Virus record (IMG/VR): IMGVR_UViG_3300020042_006407
Span: 1-24,457 of that record
Direction: 5' to 3' (one strand)
DNA length: 24,457 nt
Origin: a virus
Lineage: Duplodnaviria > Caudoviricetes
Under the pieces are notes generated by a model. The model worked only from the letters and a program-made list of their open reading frames with translations, was not told where the DNA came from and made no database searches. Numbering within the stretch: the stretch's first letter is position 1; the number at the start of each line of letters is the position of its first letter. This document shows, in pieces, positions 15,123 to 23,570 of the stretch. The translations under genes were made by a program, and so were the position numbers.

Positions 15123-15525
15123 TACTTCTTATTCCTTCGCGTGCGTACCGTGCGCTCCACGGCAATCATGGTAAGGTCTTCTTGGATTACTCGCCAAGGG
15201 ACCGCCTCAAGCTCCGTTGGTGTGCAGTGGTACACGTCACGACACATAATCAGTCGTATGTATTCCATTGGCGCTTCTTCGCCCACCCAAAGGTGTGCAC
15301 TGAGCGCCTTTTTTAGTTTCCCATTGATGGCGAAAGTGAACCGAGGACGGCTTTGACAATCTTTGGAAAGTGCTTTGCCGGGATATCCTCGAATTCGCCT
15401 TCGCTGACTTCTACGCACTTGCGCAGAATCGATACGGTAACGCTTAGGTCGTTTTGGCTTGCCTGCAGTTTGATAAGGTCGCCGATGGTCAACTTCGAAT
15501 CGTCAACGGTGTATTCAATAGACAT
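15122..15525 (-). CDS. Tail assembly chaperone, long form (G-T) made by -1 frameshift
   Basis: A -1 slip at GGGAAAC joins ...SPSMG to KLKKALSAHLW...RRNKK*, which ends at the tape measure start. Confidence 0.8.
15313..15525 (-). CDS. Tail assembly chaperone, short form (G, 70 aa)
   Basis: AAGGAG RBS before MSIEY; lies between the major tail and tape measure genes. Confidence 0.85.
   Translation of the reverse strand: MSIEYTVDDSKLTIGDLIKLQASQNDLSVTVSILRKCVEVSEGEFEDIPAKHFPKIVKAVLGSLSPSMGN
15316..15322 (-). other. Programmed -1 frameshift slippery heptamer G GGA AAC
   Basis: ATG GGA AAC TAA gives an X XXY YYZ heptamer in the correct phase, directly before the stop. Confidence 0.85.
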
Positions 15526-15552
15526 GTGGGGTGTCTCCTTAGTAGAAAAATG

Positions 15553-15606
15553 GGTGGGGCTAAATGTTGGCACGCGGTCACGCCCCACCATGACCGCACG
15601 CCCAAC
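15553..15606 (-). promoter_or_regulatory. Alternative-pairing / pseudoknot RNA element after the major tail gene
   Basis: A 16-bp stem whose 8-nt loop GGUGGGGC is complementary to the downstream GCCCCACC, followed by CAUUUUU. Confidence 0.6.
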
Positions 15607-16061
15607 TATGCGACGTCAGTGTACGTGATGGCCGGACAACGTACCGTGAAGGAAACCATGAGCGCATCGGCTGAGGATGCGTCAACGGCTGGGTAGTCGA
15701 TGGATGTGATGTAGCCGGTTGCTGCGGTCTCGATCGTGTTGGCTCCCGAGCCTGCGCCACGTGGTACCCATTTGATTTGCACAGCGCTCTTCGCTGCGAA
15801 GGCACCCTGCGCAACCATGAAAGGCTCTGTGGTAATGGTCTCGGTGTACAAGATGTTGACGGTGACGTCGACTGGCTCGTACTTGCCCAAGAGAATGATT
15901 GCGCCGGTACCGTCCAAGGTGTAGGTGTCGGAGTTCATCACCGTTGCGGTTGCGGCGTCGACGCTCTGCGTGGCTCCGCTGATGTCAACGTACGATCCAG
16001 CGCCGACTTTGATGCTTACCGTTGAAGCAACGCCGTTGACTGCGGCTGTGGTTTGTGCCAT
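15606..16061 (-). CDS. Major tail (tube) protein
   Basis: AGGAG RBS, 151 aa, beta-rich, with TGYITSIDYP...SFTVR; lies before the chaperone and tape measure genes. Confidence 0.85.
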   Translation of the reverse strand: MAQTTAAVNGVASTVSIKVGAGSYVDISGATQSVDAATATVMNSDTYTLDGTGAIILLGKYEPVDVTVNILYTETITTEPFMVAQGAFAAKSAVQIKWVPRGAGSGANTIETAATGYITSIDYPAVDASSADALMVSFTVRCPAITYTDVA

Positions 16062-16072
16062 GGTCTACACTC

Positions 16073-16516
16073 CTATTGGTTAATCTCACGGAATACAAGG
16101 GTCGCCACAACGGCGTCATAGTTACGGCCCGAAGCCGCTGGGAATTCTAAGACCTGCGCACGACACCGAAGGTCAACAACTGCCCACGATGGCGCCGACA
16201 GTGCGCGCACTGCGTCGTGGTACGCAGCGAGGTATGATTCGACACTTGGCGCAATGTCCGACAAACCAAGCCCCATCCCCGCCGAGCGGAGTAGTGCAAG
16301 GTCGGTAATGGTCCACTCCGCCATCATCACATGCCCAGAACCGCCGAGCGTCTTGGTTTGCACCCGTGCGGAACTCATGCCGATGGCGCTGATGATACGC
16401 ATGGGGATGTCCGCAATTTCTGCGGAGTCCTTCAGCGATGACCCGCGGTATACCGTGGTCACACCGCTGACACTCATGGCCTCGACCGCGTCAAGGATGC
16501 TGTCGAGTTGTGACAT
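16073..16516 (-). CDS. Putative tail terminator / completion protein (147 aa, MSQLD...)
   Basis: TAATG overlap with the connector gene and GAGG RBS; assignment rests on position before the major tail gene and on size. Confidence 0.65.
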   Translation of the reverse strand: MSQLDSILDAVEAMSVSGVTTVYRGSSLKDSAEIADIPMRIISAIGMSSARVQTKTLGGSGHVMMAEWTITDLALLRSAGMGLGLSDIAPSVESYLAAYHDAVRALSAPSWAVVDLRCRAQVLEFPAASGRNYDAVVATLVFREINQ

Positions 16517-17115
16517 TACGAGTGCCTCACGTATTTCTTGATGATGGTTGACACATCGGTCGGAAACCGTGCGGGAGCCATAAGCACGCCGTCTGCGCTG
16601 ATGATGTTGCGGTCTGTATCCGGGCCGCCTTCGCGTCTTCGGTACAGATATGCCCCGAGCATCAACGTGGCGCTTACGATGTCCGCTGGTGGCGTTGTAG
16701 AGTATGCAAAGCGACCGACGACCGAGATGGAGTATTCCGGCGTACCGGTGAATGTCCACTCAATGTTTGCGCTGTCTTTGAGTCGGATTGCGTACCATGG
16801 CTTGATGTTCAAATCAACGGTCACGACGTCCGACAGTGAAACTGCGGTGCCGTTGCCGTTGGTAATCGACGTCAATGCACAAAGGTCAGCACCGAGCCAC
16901 AGCGTGCGCCCGTCGTCCTCGAGATCGCCCAACACGTCACGACGGTACAACGGTGTGTAATAGCGCGTGGTGTCTGCGGACGCTTCGAAGAGCCGGTGCG
17001 TCATGCGCTCTATTTCGGTCTGCGCACGGGTCACCGCGTTGCCAAGTTGTGTGTCGTCCGTCGTTGCGGTTGCGCCGATGTACGCACGCAAATCCGCTGC
17101 GGTTGCGTATGCCAT
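16516..17115 (-). CDS. Head-tail connector (adaptor, gp6/gp15-like)
   Basis: MAYATAADLRAYIG...AQTEIERMTHRLF...PPADIVSATLML...IIKKY. Confidence 0.85.
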   Translation of the reverse strand: MAYATAADLRAYIGATATTDDTQLGNAVTRAQTEIERMTHRLFEASADTTRYYTPLYRRDVLGDLEDDGRTLWLGADLCALTSITNGNGTAVSLSDVVTVDLNIKPWYAIRLKDSANIEWTFTGTPEYSISVVGRFAYSTTPPADIVSATLMLGAYLYRRREGGPDTDRNIISADGVLMAPARFPTDVSTIIKKYVRHS

Positions 17116-17304
17116 TTAGACCACCTTCGTGGTGCGCTTTGGTTTCTCGACTGGCTCTGATTCCACTGCGACGGCTGAGCCTTCGTCAATGAGAATCTTT
17201 GCGTCTGCGTCGCTTACTTCGATGATATCCCCGGCTTGGTACGGTGTGCACGCCTTGGTGGCTGCGTCACGAAACACGATGCCGGACAGCATTTGTACTT
17301 TCAT
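17116..17304 (-). CDS. Small head-module protein (62 aa)
   Basis: YQAGDIIEVSDADAKILIDEG with a basic tail, a pattern common immediately after major capsid genes. GGAG RBS. Confidence 0.75.
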   Translation of the reverse strand: MKVQMLSGIVFRDAATKACTPYQAGDIIEVSDADAKILIDEGSAVAVESEPVEKPKRTTKVV

Positions 17305-17322
17305 GTGGGGTCTCCGTTTGGT

Positions 17323-17355
17323 AGGGAGGTGTCAAGGAATCCTTGACACCTCCCT
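17323..17355. repeat. Perfect 16-bp inverted repeat after the capsid gene
   Basis: AGGGAGGTGTCAAGGA-a-TCCTTGACACCTCCCT, with no U-tract on either side. Confidence 0.9.
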
Positions 17356-17361
17356 GAGTGA

Positions 17362-18957
17362 CTAAGCGTGGACGCCGACTGCGAAGGCTTCGATTTGGGT
17401 CACGTCGCCACCGTAGCGCCATGAAGCGACGATGTAGGTCAAGCCCTTGCGCACGTCGCGCCAGCGCTCGATCTGGACACCGCTTGCACGCTCGACGAAT
17501 GCGTAGAACGAGTAGTTACCGAAGATAATCGACTTGTTGGTCGTACCGATTGCGGGAATCTGTGCCGACAACATCACCGGCCAACCTTCAACCGTGCGCT
17601 GACCGTTCACCGTGTCGGTGATGCGGTTATAGTTGGTCAGGTCGAGGGTCTTCAATGCGCCCCAAGTGCTGTTCTGCATGATGAAGCCGGTCTGACCGTT
17701 GGTGAGGTATTCGCCTGCAACGTCGGTGCTCAGTCCAACGATTTGTGCGTTGGTGATTGCCGTTGCGCTGAATGCGAAGGTGTTCGTTACCCGGGTAAGC
17801 AAACCGTAAGGCTGCGAAGAACCGGAACCGTTGACGATGTAGTTGTTGGCGCTGACTGCCATCGCCCGTGCAATTTCGTTCTGCAGGAACTCTTCGAGGT
17901 TCGACGACGTGTCGGCCATGAGTTCATCAGACAAAGCGAACTCGAGAGTGTCTTTGTAGAGTTGAATGGTCTTCGAGTTGGCGAGGTTTGGCTCGCTGGC
18001 TGTTGCGGTGACACCTTCGGCAACAATCCCCGGGGTAGCCTTGACGGACTGCGCAGGCATGATGTGCTTCCACGATTCCGTGGTGACACGAGTGAAGCCA
18101 ATTTGACCCAAGAACGAGAGTTCGTCGCGGCGTGCCGTGATTTCACGGTTGATGGTCGTCGGAACGGTGAAGCCACCGTCGTTGTTCGTTGCTTCGGTCA
18201 GTGTCTTAAACGCTGACTTCTTGGCGTTGTGCAGGGTGTTCAACACCGATGCGTCTTCGCTGCCACGCATGAACGACTTGTACGCCTGATGGTACTCGTT
18301 GGTGTCAAATGGGTTCACGGTTTCGACAGCGGCTGGCGCTGCCTTCAGTGCTGGGCCGTTGTGGATCGTGCCGCCTGCTACGGGCTCGCCTGCGAGTTCG
18401 CTAATGGCTGCCTTGACTGCGTCTTTGATGTTGTCCATGGTTTGTTCTGTTTCCTCTGTAGATACTGCGGTTTTGATATCGTCATGACCGGTGCTCTCTG
18501 CCGCAGTGCGCACAGTGGTTCCCTTGGTCGAGACTTCGGTTGTGGTGCGGGGCTCCGCTGGGGTTGGCGTCAATGAGATTTCACCGACGACCCAGCGCTT
18601 GATTTCGCCGTCGACACGTTCGACGAGGTGAGGCAATGCGCCGGTACTAAGACCGAGTGCGCCTTGCTCCGCTAACTTCATCACGTCGGCTGCGTACTTG
18701 TGCCTGCGGTCAAGTTCGATTTGCACGTCGATACCGGTGTCGGTCGGCGTCCATACTTTGACCGTGCCAATCTGTGACTTTATGCCACCGAGTGCGTGGT
18801 CGTAGTACACCGGCATGCCAACGAAGGGACGCGTACCGCCGAAATCGGTGTCTTTGCTGAATCGGTCACCGGTCAAATCTTCGCCACCGTAGACAACGCC
18901 GGTACCCTTCAGGGTAAACGGTGCCACGGCTTTGATTGCGTGTGATGTTGACTTCAT
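17362..18957 (-). CDS. Prohead protease (HK97-type) fused to an HK97-fold major capsid protein
   Basis: Protease motifs YYDH, GLSTG and EISLTPTPAEP. Capsid motifs DGGFTVP, VAEG, LSDELMAD, VNGSGSSQPYG, GWPV and IIFGNYS. Confidence 0.92.
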   Translation of the reverse strand: MKSTSHAIKAVAPFTLKGTGVVYGGEDLTGDRFSKDTDFGGTRPFVGMPVYYDHALGGIKSQIGTVKVWTPTDTGIDVQIELDRRHKYAADVMKLAEQGALGLSTGALPHLVERVDGEIKRWVVGEISLTPTPAEPRTTTEVSTKGTTVRTAAESTGHDDIKTAVSTEETEQTMDNIKDAVKAAISELAGEPVAGGTIHNGPALKAAPAAVETVNPFDTNEYHQAYKSFMRGSEDASVLNTLHNAKKSAFKTLTEATNNDGGFTVPTTINREITARRDELSFLGQIGFTRVTTESWKHIMPAQSVKATPGIVAEGVTATASEPNLANSKTIQLYKDTLEFALSDELMADTSSNLEEFLQNEIARAMAVSANNYIVNGSGSSQPYGLLTRVTNTFAFSATAITNAQIVGLSTDVAGEYLTNGQTGFIMQNSTWGALKTLDLTNYNRITDTVNGQRTVEGWPVMLSAQIPAIGTTNKSIIFGNYSFYAFVERASGVQIERWRDVRKGLTYIVASWRYGGDVTQIEAFAVGVHA

Positions 18958-19883
18958 TTGACCCCCAGCAATCGACGTGCGAAGCGCTTTGTTGCTTCTG
19001 CGTTCATTGTCGCGGTCTTGTCAAGTGCTTTGTCTTCGTCGTCCATCTCGTGCATTGATGCAACTTCTTCTACCGGCTCTTCAACCTCTGCGACGGCTTC
19101 TTCGGCCATCTCTTCGGCCATCTCTTCGGCCATGTCTTCGGCTTCCTCTTCGACTGGTGCCTCGACCATCAAAGCGGACTCCGGAATAATCCACAACTTA
19201 CACAGTGCGTCTTCTTCGATGTCGCCATCGACGATCTCGCACCGGTTGGCGAGGTAGAACACGCAGTTCTTGCACGCCATGCCTTCGGCCTTGAATGGAT
19301 TACCTTCTGCGTTGATGTAATGCGCACCGTTGGCGCCGATGCCCTTGTCGAAAACACCGTATTCTTCCACGATGCTCTCGTACATGTCGTACATTACTAC
19401 CTGACGCTCGTTCAGGATGGTTGATTCGTCGATTGCCTTGGTGGCGCTCTTCGGTTTCATCCCGTCGTAGCCAACGGTGCGCAGTGCCTTCATGGTTTGC
19501 TTGTTGTGGTACGCCGCCATGCGGAGCGCTTCCATATCGCTCTCGGAATGCCGTCGTGATGCCTTGGTGCTCATGCTGTTCTCCTCTACAATACGACGTG
19601 CCCACGCACGCCCTTCATCGCCGCCCCAACCGTACCAAGCCTGCCAACCTTTGCCTTGCTCCGACCACGTCGCACCCTCTTTGTCACTCTCATGACGGTC
19701 GAAGTATGCAACCATGCGCCGCACCGTCTCGAAACTGACCGGCTCACGGTTGGCCAGTTGGTTCGCACGCGCCAAGCCGACCGGAGTCATGCCCTGCTGA
19801 CTCGGTGGCTTCTCCGCACGCACATCGAGCGCACGCTGTGCATTGTCTGCGACTGCCTGCGGTGCAATGAATGTGTCGGCCAT
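18954..19883 (-). CDS. Modular head-region protein (309 aa): WGGD domain, HiPIP-like four-Cys domain and acidic tail
   Basis: Start MADTF (TGATG overlap). Contains GLARANQLAN...VRRMVAYFDRH...AWYGWGGDEGRAWA, then CKNC-x7-C-x12-CKLW, then EEMA repeats. Confidence 0.75.
   Translation of the reverse strand: MADTFIAPQAVADNAQRALDVRAEKPPSQQGMTPVGLARANQLANREPVSFETVRRMVAYFDRHESDKEGATWSEQGKGWQAWYGWGGDEGRAWARRIVEENSMSTKASRRHSESDMEALRMAAYHNKQTMKALRTVGYDGMKPKSATKAIDESTILNERQVVMYDMYESIVEEYGVFDKGIGANGAHYINAEGNPFKAEGMACKNCVFYLANRCEIVDGDIEEDALCKLWIIPESALMVEAPVEEEAEDMAEEMAEEMAEEAVAEVEEPVEEVASMHEMDDEDKALDKTATMNAEATKRFARRLLGVK
19099..19142. repeat. 12-bp tandem repeat (about 3.7 copies) encoding MAEE
   Basis: TCTTCGGCCATC twice, then TCTTCGGCCATG and TCTTCGGC. 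Confidence 0.9.
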
Positions 19884-20344
19884 CAAAGTTTCTCCATTGC
19901 TTGCGCGACGAGCGCTGCGAGATCGCCGTTTCTGTGTATGGTCTCCGCAGCGTTGCCAGCGGTGTTCCATCGTCCTTTGTGTATCTCCGCCTGCTGGTCA
20001 CCGACCACATACGGAGCGTACGACGCCGCACTCTGTAGCACCGCCTCATCGCCTTGCAAATCGACGCGGTACGACCGGTTAAGCGCTTCGCTCCCCTTCA
20101 GCGTTGACCCGGTACCGCGTTTGTACGGTACCGTGATTGCACCGCGTCGATAGTTCGCCATGACGAAGCGCCGTTGCTTCTCTGACTTAAACTTCATAGA
20201 GCCCGGTGCCGGTGGAGGTGGCTTGTCTTCGTTTAACTGGCCTTGCACTAACACCGCATAGCCCAGCGTTACGGTGCGTATCATCTCGCCAATCTGCGCC
20301 TCGCCGATTCGACCGAGGATTTCCACGGTGATGTCGTTTGCCAT
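19883..20344 (-). CDS. HK97 gp10-like / virion morphogenesis protein
   Basis: PYKRGTG...LNRSY...AASYAPYV...Q...H..RW pattern; 153 aa. Confidence 0.6.
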   Translation of the reverse strand: MANDITVEILGRIGEAQIGEMIRTVTLGYAVLVQGQLNEDKPPPPAPGSMKFKSEKQRRFVMANYRRGAITVPYKRGTGSTLKGSEALNRSYRVDLQGDEAVLQSAASYAPYVVGDQQAEIHKGRWNTAGNAAETIHRNGDLAALVAQAMEKL

Positions 20345-22365
20345 TACCGCACCAACCGCAGTGACGTGTCACAGCGACAATTGACGTGCGCTGGTGGCCC
20401 CGCTGCAACTTCAGCAGGCCACTTGTCTTCGGTGAGCCCGTTCAACTGAACACCGTAGATTTTTCCTGTGCAGATTGCGCAAACCAACTCATCCGCGTCG
20501 GTGTTCCATACGCGTACCATGTTGACGCCACGCTCTGCCAAGTAATCTTTGTATGAGGTCGTTGCTTGCGACGCTGCCCGCGTCGTCTCGGTGATGGCTA
20601 TCATCTTGGCCCGCACCGGGTCGCTCAGTGGCAACACTGCTGCGGTGACGTCCTGTATGGTCATCCCCGGGGTTGTGCGGAACATCTCAATGATTGGCTT
20701 GATGCGGTTCGCCGTCGTGTCATCGATTAACTTAGTAGTCTTCGGTGTGTAGTCAAGCAACCAATCTTGGATATACCGCGACTGGTCACCGGTATCCATC
20801 GGGATACTAAACTCAGTGCCGAGCCGGTCGATGCGCTTGCCCATCGTCGTGCCCAGTTCCGAATCTAAGACCGGTTTGATGACGTCGCGCAACGATGTTG
20901 ACGGATCGCGCTCGTTGACGATGTCTCGGGCCCACTCTTCGCCCTTCTTGCGCATCTCTTTGATGATGCGGTTATAGATGCGCAGTTCGTCCGGTGTCAT
21001 ATCGTCCACTGGTGCCTTGACCGCGTGAATGACGTTGTGCACGTCGTCCACCGTCATGCCTTTGTAGCATCGCTCCATTACGGCATCGACGTGGTCAGCG
21101 GGAATCAGCGCAGAATCAAACGAGGTGCGTGGGTCTCGTCCGCTCTTAATCCTGCGCTCGATTTTTTTTGAGAGTAGCGCCCACTCGTTGGCGATTGCCT
21201 TGGACGTGTTCGCCATGTCCGACGGTGCCGCGGTGCCTTCCTCCGTTGGCGCTTCGACTGGCGTAGACTCCGGTGCTGCTAAATCGCCGGGAAGGACGAT
21301 ATCTGCAATGTTGTCATAGCCAAGTATCTGCATCGCCGCCCGAAGCGGTACGCCGGCTTGCGTCAGTTGAAGCAAAGAGCCTGAGCGCTGTGCTTCGTCC
21401 GCTTGCATCACGTCGAGTTGCTCCGGCATGAACTGAATTTCATACTTCAACGGCCCGAGTAATTGCTCGTTCATGACGTCGGCAATCTTCGGCAATCGAG
21501 GTATCACGGTTTCACGCCAAAACGATTGACGGTCACTATCTGCCGTCGCATAGTTCGCCGCCGATGCTTCAAGCATGGTCAGCGGTACGCCCATGGTCAT
21601 GGCGATTTGCTTCAGCGTGCGGTCTGCGAACTCCGGCATCATCAACGTATTGATGTCCGGCGTAATCTTTTGTACCTTCAACTCTTGCGCTCGCACAAAT
21701 ATCCATTTGAACGCGTTCAACACACCGCTTCCGCGTTGGTTAATCTCTGCGCCCATCCGCTTAAACTCTGAGTCATCCATCGAGTCGGGGAGGTTCATCA
21801 CCGTCACCGGTTGCGCGCCACCTTCGAAGAACATCGAAGTGAAGCGGTCGAGATTGTAGGACAACTGCGCATTCTGCATAGCCACCTGCGCAGGCGCCAA
21901 GCCCGGGCCGACGTCGTCCGTGAATGAGTTCTCACGGAAGTACACAATCTCTTCGAGCGTCCATGGCCCGTACATCTTGCCGCCGATGACTTGGTTAAAC
22001 GTCAGCCCGAGGTATGGATTCTCCAACGTGCCAAGGTTGGGATTGTATGCGTAGTTCACCGTGGTCGGGTTGAGCGCTTCAAAGCCAACCAACGTACGAC
22101 CCTTGACGATGCGCACCCAATACGCAGCACCGCACACAAGAAGACTCCGCTCCGTCGCTGCCAACAGCCGTGAAAAGTTCTTCTTCCACGGCCACTCAAC
22201 TTCGACGCCGTTCCGCAGTAAACGATACGGCACGGAACTGATTGCGTCGGCACGCAGTTCGACCGCACGGTACAACGGTGCAACGTGTGCGTATCCGACG
22301 TCTGCCGTCTTGATTGTTCCGTTGCGCAACAATTGACCCAGCCAAGCCGGGTTATTCATGGTCAT
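20344..22365 (-). CDS. Portal protein fused to a C-terminal MuF (minor head) domain
   Basis: Portal motifs AISSVP, GLAP, FFEGGAQP, IAMTMGVP, NYA and FWRETVIP. MuF motifs RAKMIAITETTRA, WNTDADELVCAIC and PPAHVNCRC. Start taken at the ATGA overlap with TerL (GGAG RBS). Confidence 0.92.
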   Translation of the reverse strand: MTMNNPAWLGQLLRNGTIKTADVGYAHVAPLYRAVELRADAISSVPYRLLRNGVEVEWPWKKNFSRLLAATERSLLVCGAAYWVRIVKGRTLVGFEALNPTTVNYAYNPNLGTLENPYLGLTFNQVIGGKMYGPWTLEEIVYFRENSFTDDVGPGLAPAQVAMQNAQLSYNLDRFTSMFFEGGAQPVTVMNLPDSMDDSEFKRMGAEINQRGSGVLNAFKWIFVRAQELKVQKITPDINTLMMPEFADRTLKQIAMTMGVPLTMLEASAANYATADSDRQSFWRETVIPRLPKIADVMNEQLLGPLKYEIQFMPEQLDVMQADEAQRSGSLLQLTQAGVPLRAAMQILGYDNIADIVLPGDLAAPESTPVEAPTEEGTAAPSDMANTSKAIANEWALLSKKIERRIKSGRDPRTSFDSALIPADHVDAVMERCYKGMTVDDVHNVIHAVKAPVDDMTPDELRIYNRIIKEMRKKGEEWARDIVNERDPSTSLRDVIKPVLDSELGTTMGKRIDRLGTEFSIPMDTGDQSRYIQDWLLDYTPKTTKLIDDTTANRIKPIIEMFRTTPGMTIQDVTAAVLPLSDPVRAKMIAITETTRAASQATTSYKDYLAERGVNMVRVWNTDADELVCAICTGKIYGVQLNGLTEDKWPAEVAAGPPAHVNCRCDTSLRLVR

Positions 22366-23570
22366 GCAAAACTCCATTCTACGCGTGGCTTCGATATCAT
22401 TGCGACCGCACCGCTGGCCGCGTCTACGTAGTCGTCATGCGGTGCGCTGGGGAAGGCGACGACCTCATCGAGAAAGTCCCGCACCCATGCACCGTTCACC
22501 ACGACCACGGCTCCGGCTTCGGCTCGAGCGGCCCAAGGCATTGCGCGTTGGACTTTATCGCCCTTGACGTCAATACCTTTGAACGACACGTCGGCAATCT
22601 CCGGTATTCGTCGCAACTCTTGCGTTGCTGCGAGTCCGTGCTGTGCTTTCTCGATGCCGTGCGTCGTGTCCGTCTCACGGCGCATCGTGTCCACCATGAT
22701 GCGTCGTACATCGGGCCACTCCGCTTTCACTTTGATACCGTCGGCAATATAGAACACGCCGTCGTGTAAACACACACGGACGGACGCGGTATAGTCTGCG
22801 CTTTGCTTGACGCTCGAAGCAAGGTCCCAATAGCGGAACCACTTCGCGCCATGCGGTCTCACATCGGTGGTCTTCAGCCAATGGCGTTGAAACATTGCGC
22901 CGACCGGGTCAATGAAATCACCGTCGACTTCTTGCCGGTACATCTCGGAAGTCATGGACTCCTTCAACGTGGCAACGAAGGTGTCATCGAGAAAGATGTT
23001 GTCCGTCGTCTTGCTTCGAATCGTGGCGTAGTCGCGGTGCGTGCCTGCGAAGAGTTGATACACCCAATCTTTGCCACGTGGCGTCGTCGACATCCAAGCC
23101 CGCCCGGGTTGCTCGCGCAATGTCGCAATGGACAATGGCCATATGTCGCTGTCCATCATTGCGACCTCATCCAACCAAAGCCAACCAGCGTTGGCGCCAC
23201 GCAGTCGGTCGGGATTGTCCGCACTGCGAAAGATAATGCGACGGTCACCGAGTAACCGCAGTTCCATGTCTGATTTGTTCCACGACGTCGCAATGCCTGC
23301 CTTCGCTACCAAGCGCAGGATGGTCTCCATGGCGCCAAGTTTCAGCATTGGGTATGTCGGTGCCACGATGAGCCCCGTGGAGCCCTTGGGCTGTCTCAGT
23401 GCCTCTACTGCGCCTGCTCGTGTCTTACCGCTGCCACGACCACCGACGAACAGACGGAACCGCGCATCACTTGCCCAGAACGCTCTTTGGGGTGACGTCT
23501 GTGATTGGTGTCGGATCGTCAGCGGTGAGGTCGATGACGTAGTCGTTGGGCCCGGTTGTGGAATGTACAT
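22362..23570 (-). CDS. terL: Terminase large subunit
   Basis: Walker A GGRGSGKT, Walker B LWLDE, coupling motif STTP, and nuclease motifs YWDLA..ADYTA and HDDYVDA. Confidence 0.95.
   Translation of the reverse strand: MYIPQPGPTTTSSTSPLTIRHQSQTSPQRAFWASDARFRLFVGGRGSGKTRAGAVEALRQPKGSTGLIVAPTYPMLKLGAMETILRLVAKAGIATSWNKSDMELRLLGDRRIIFRSADNPDRLRGANAGWLWLDEVAMMDSDIWPLSIATLREQPGRAWMSTTPRGKDWVYQLFAGTHRDYATIRSKTTDNIFLDDTFVATLKESMTSEMYRQEVDGDFIDPVGAMFQRHWLKTTDVRPHGAKWFRYWDLASSVKQSADYTASVRVCLHDGVFYIADGIKVKAEWPDVRRIMVDTMRRETDTTHGIEKAQHGLAATQELRRIPEIADVSFKGIDVKGDKVQRAMPWAARAEAGAVVVVNGAWVRDFLDEVVAFPSAPHDDYVDAASGAVAMISKPRVEWSFA

Noticed and set aside
16517-16759. N-terminal extensions in the ORF track (also above 19883, 9886, 8032 and 24290)
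   Set aside because: They overlap upstream genes out of frame. Downstream ATGs with RBSs or stop-start overlaps are better starts.
17323-17355. Divergent promoter pair from TTGACA on both arms, or a standard terminator
   Set aside because: No -10 lies at 16-18 nt on the minus strand, none is convincing on the plus strand, and there is no U-tract on either side.
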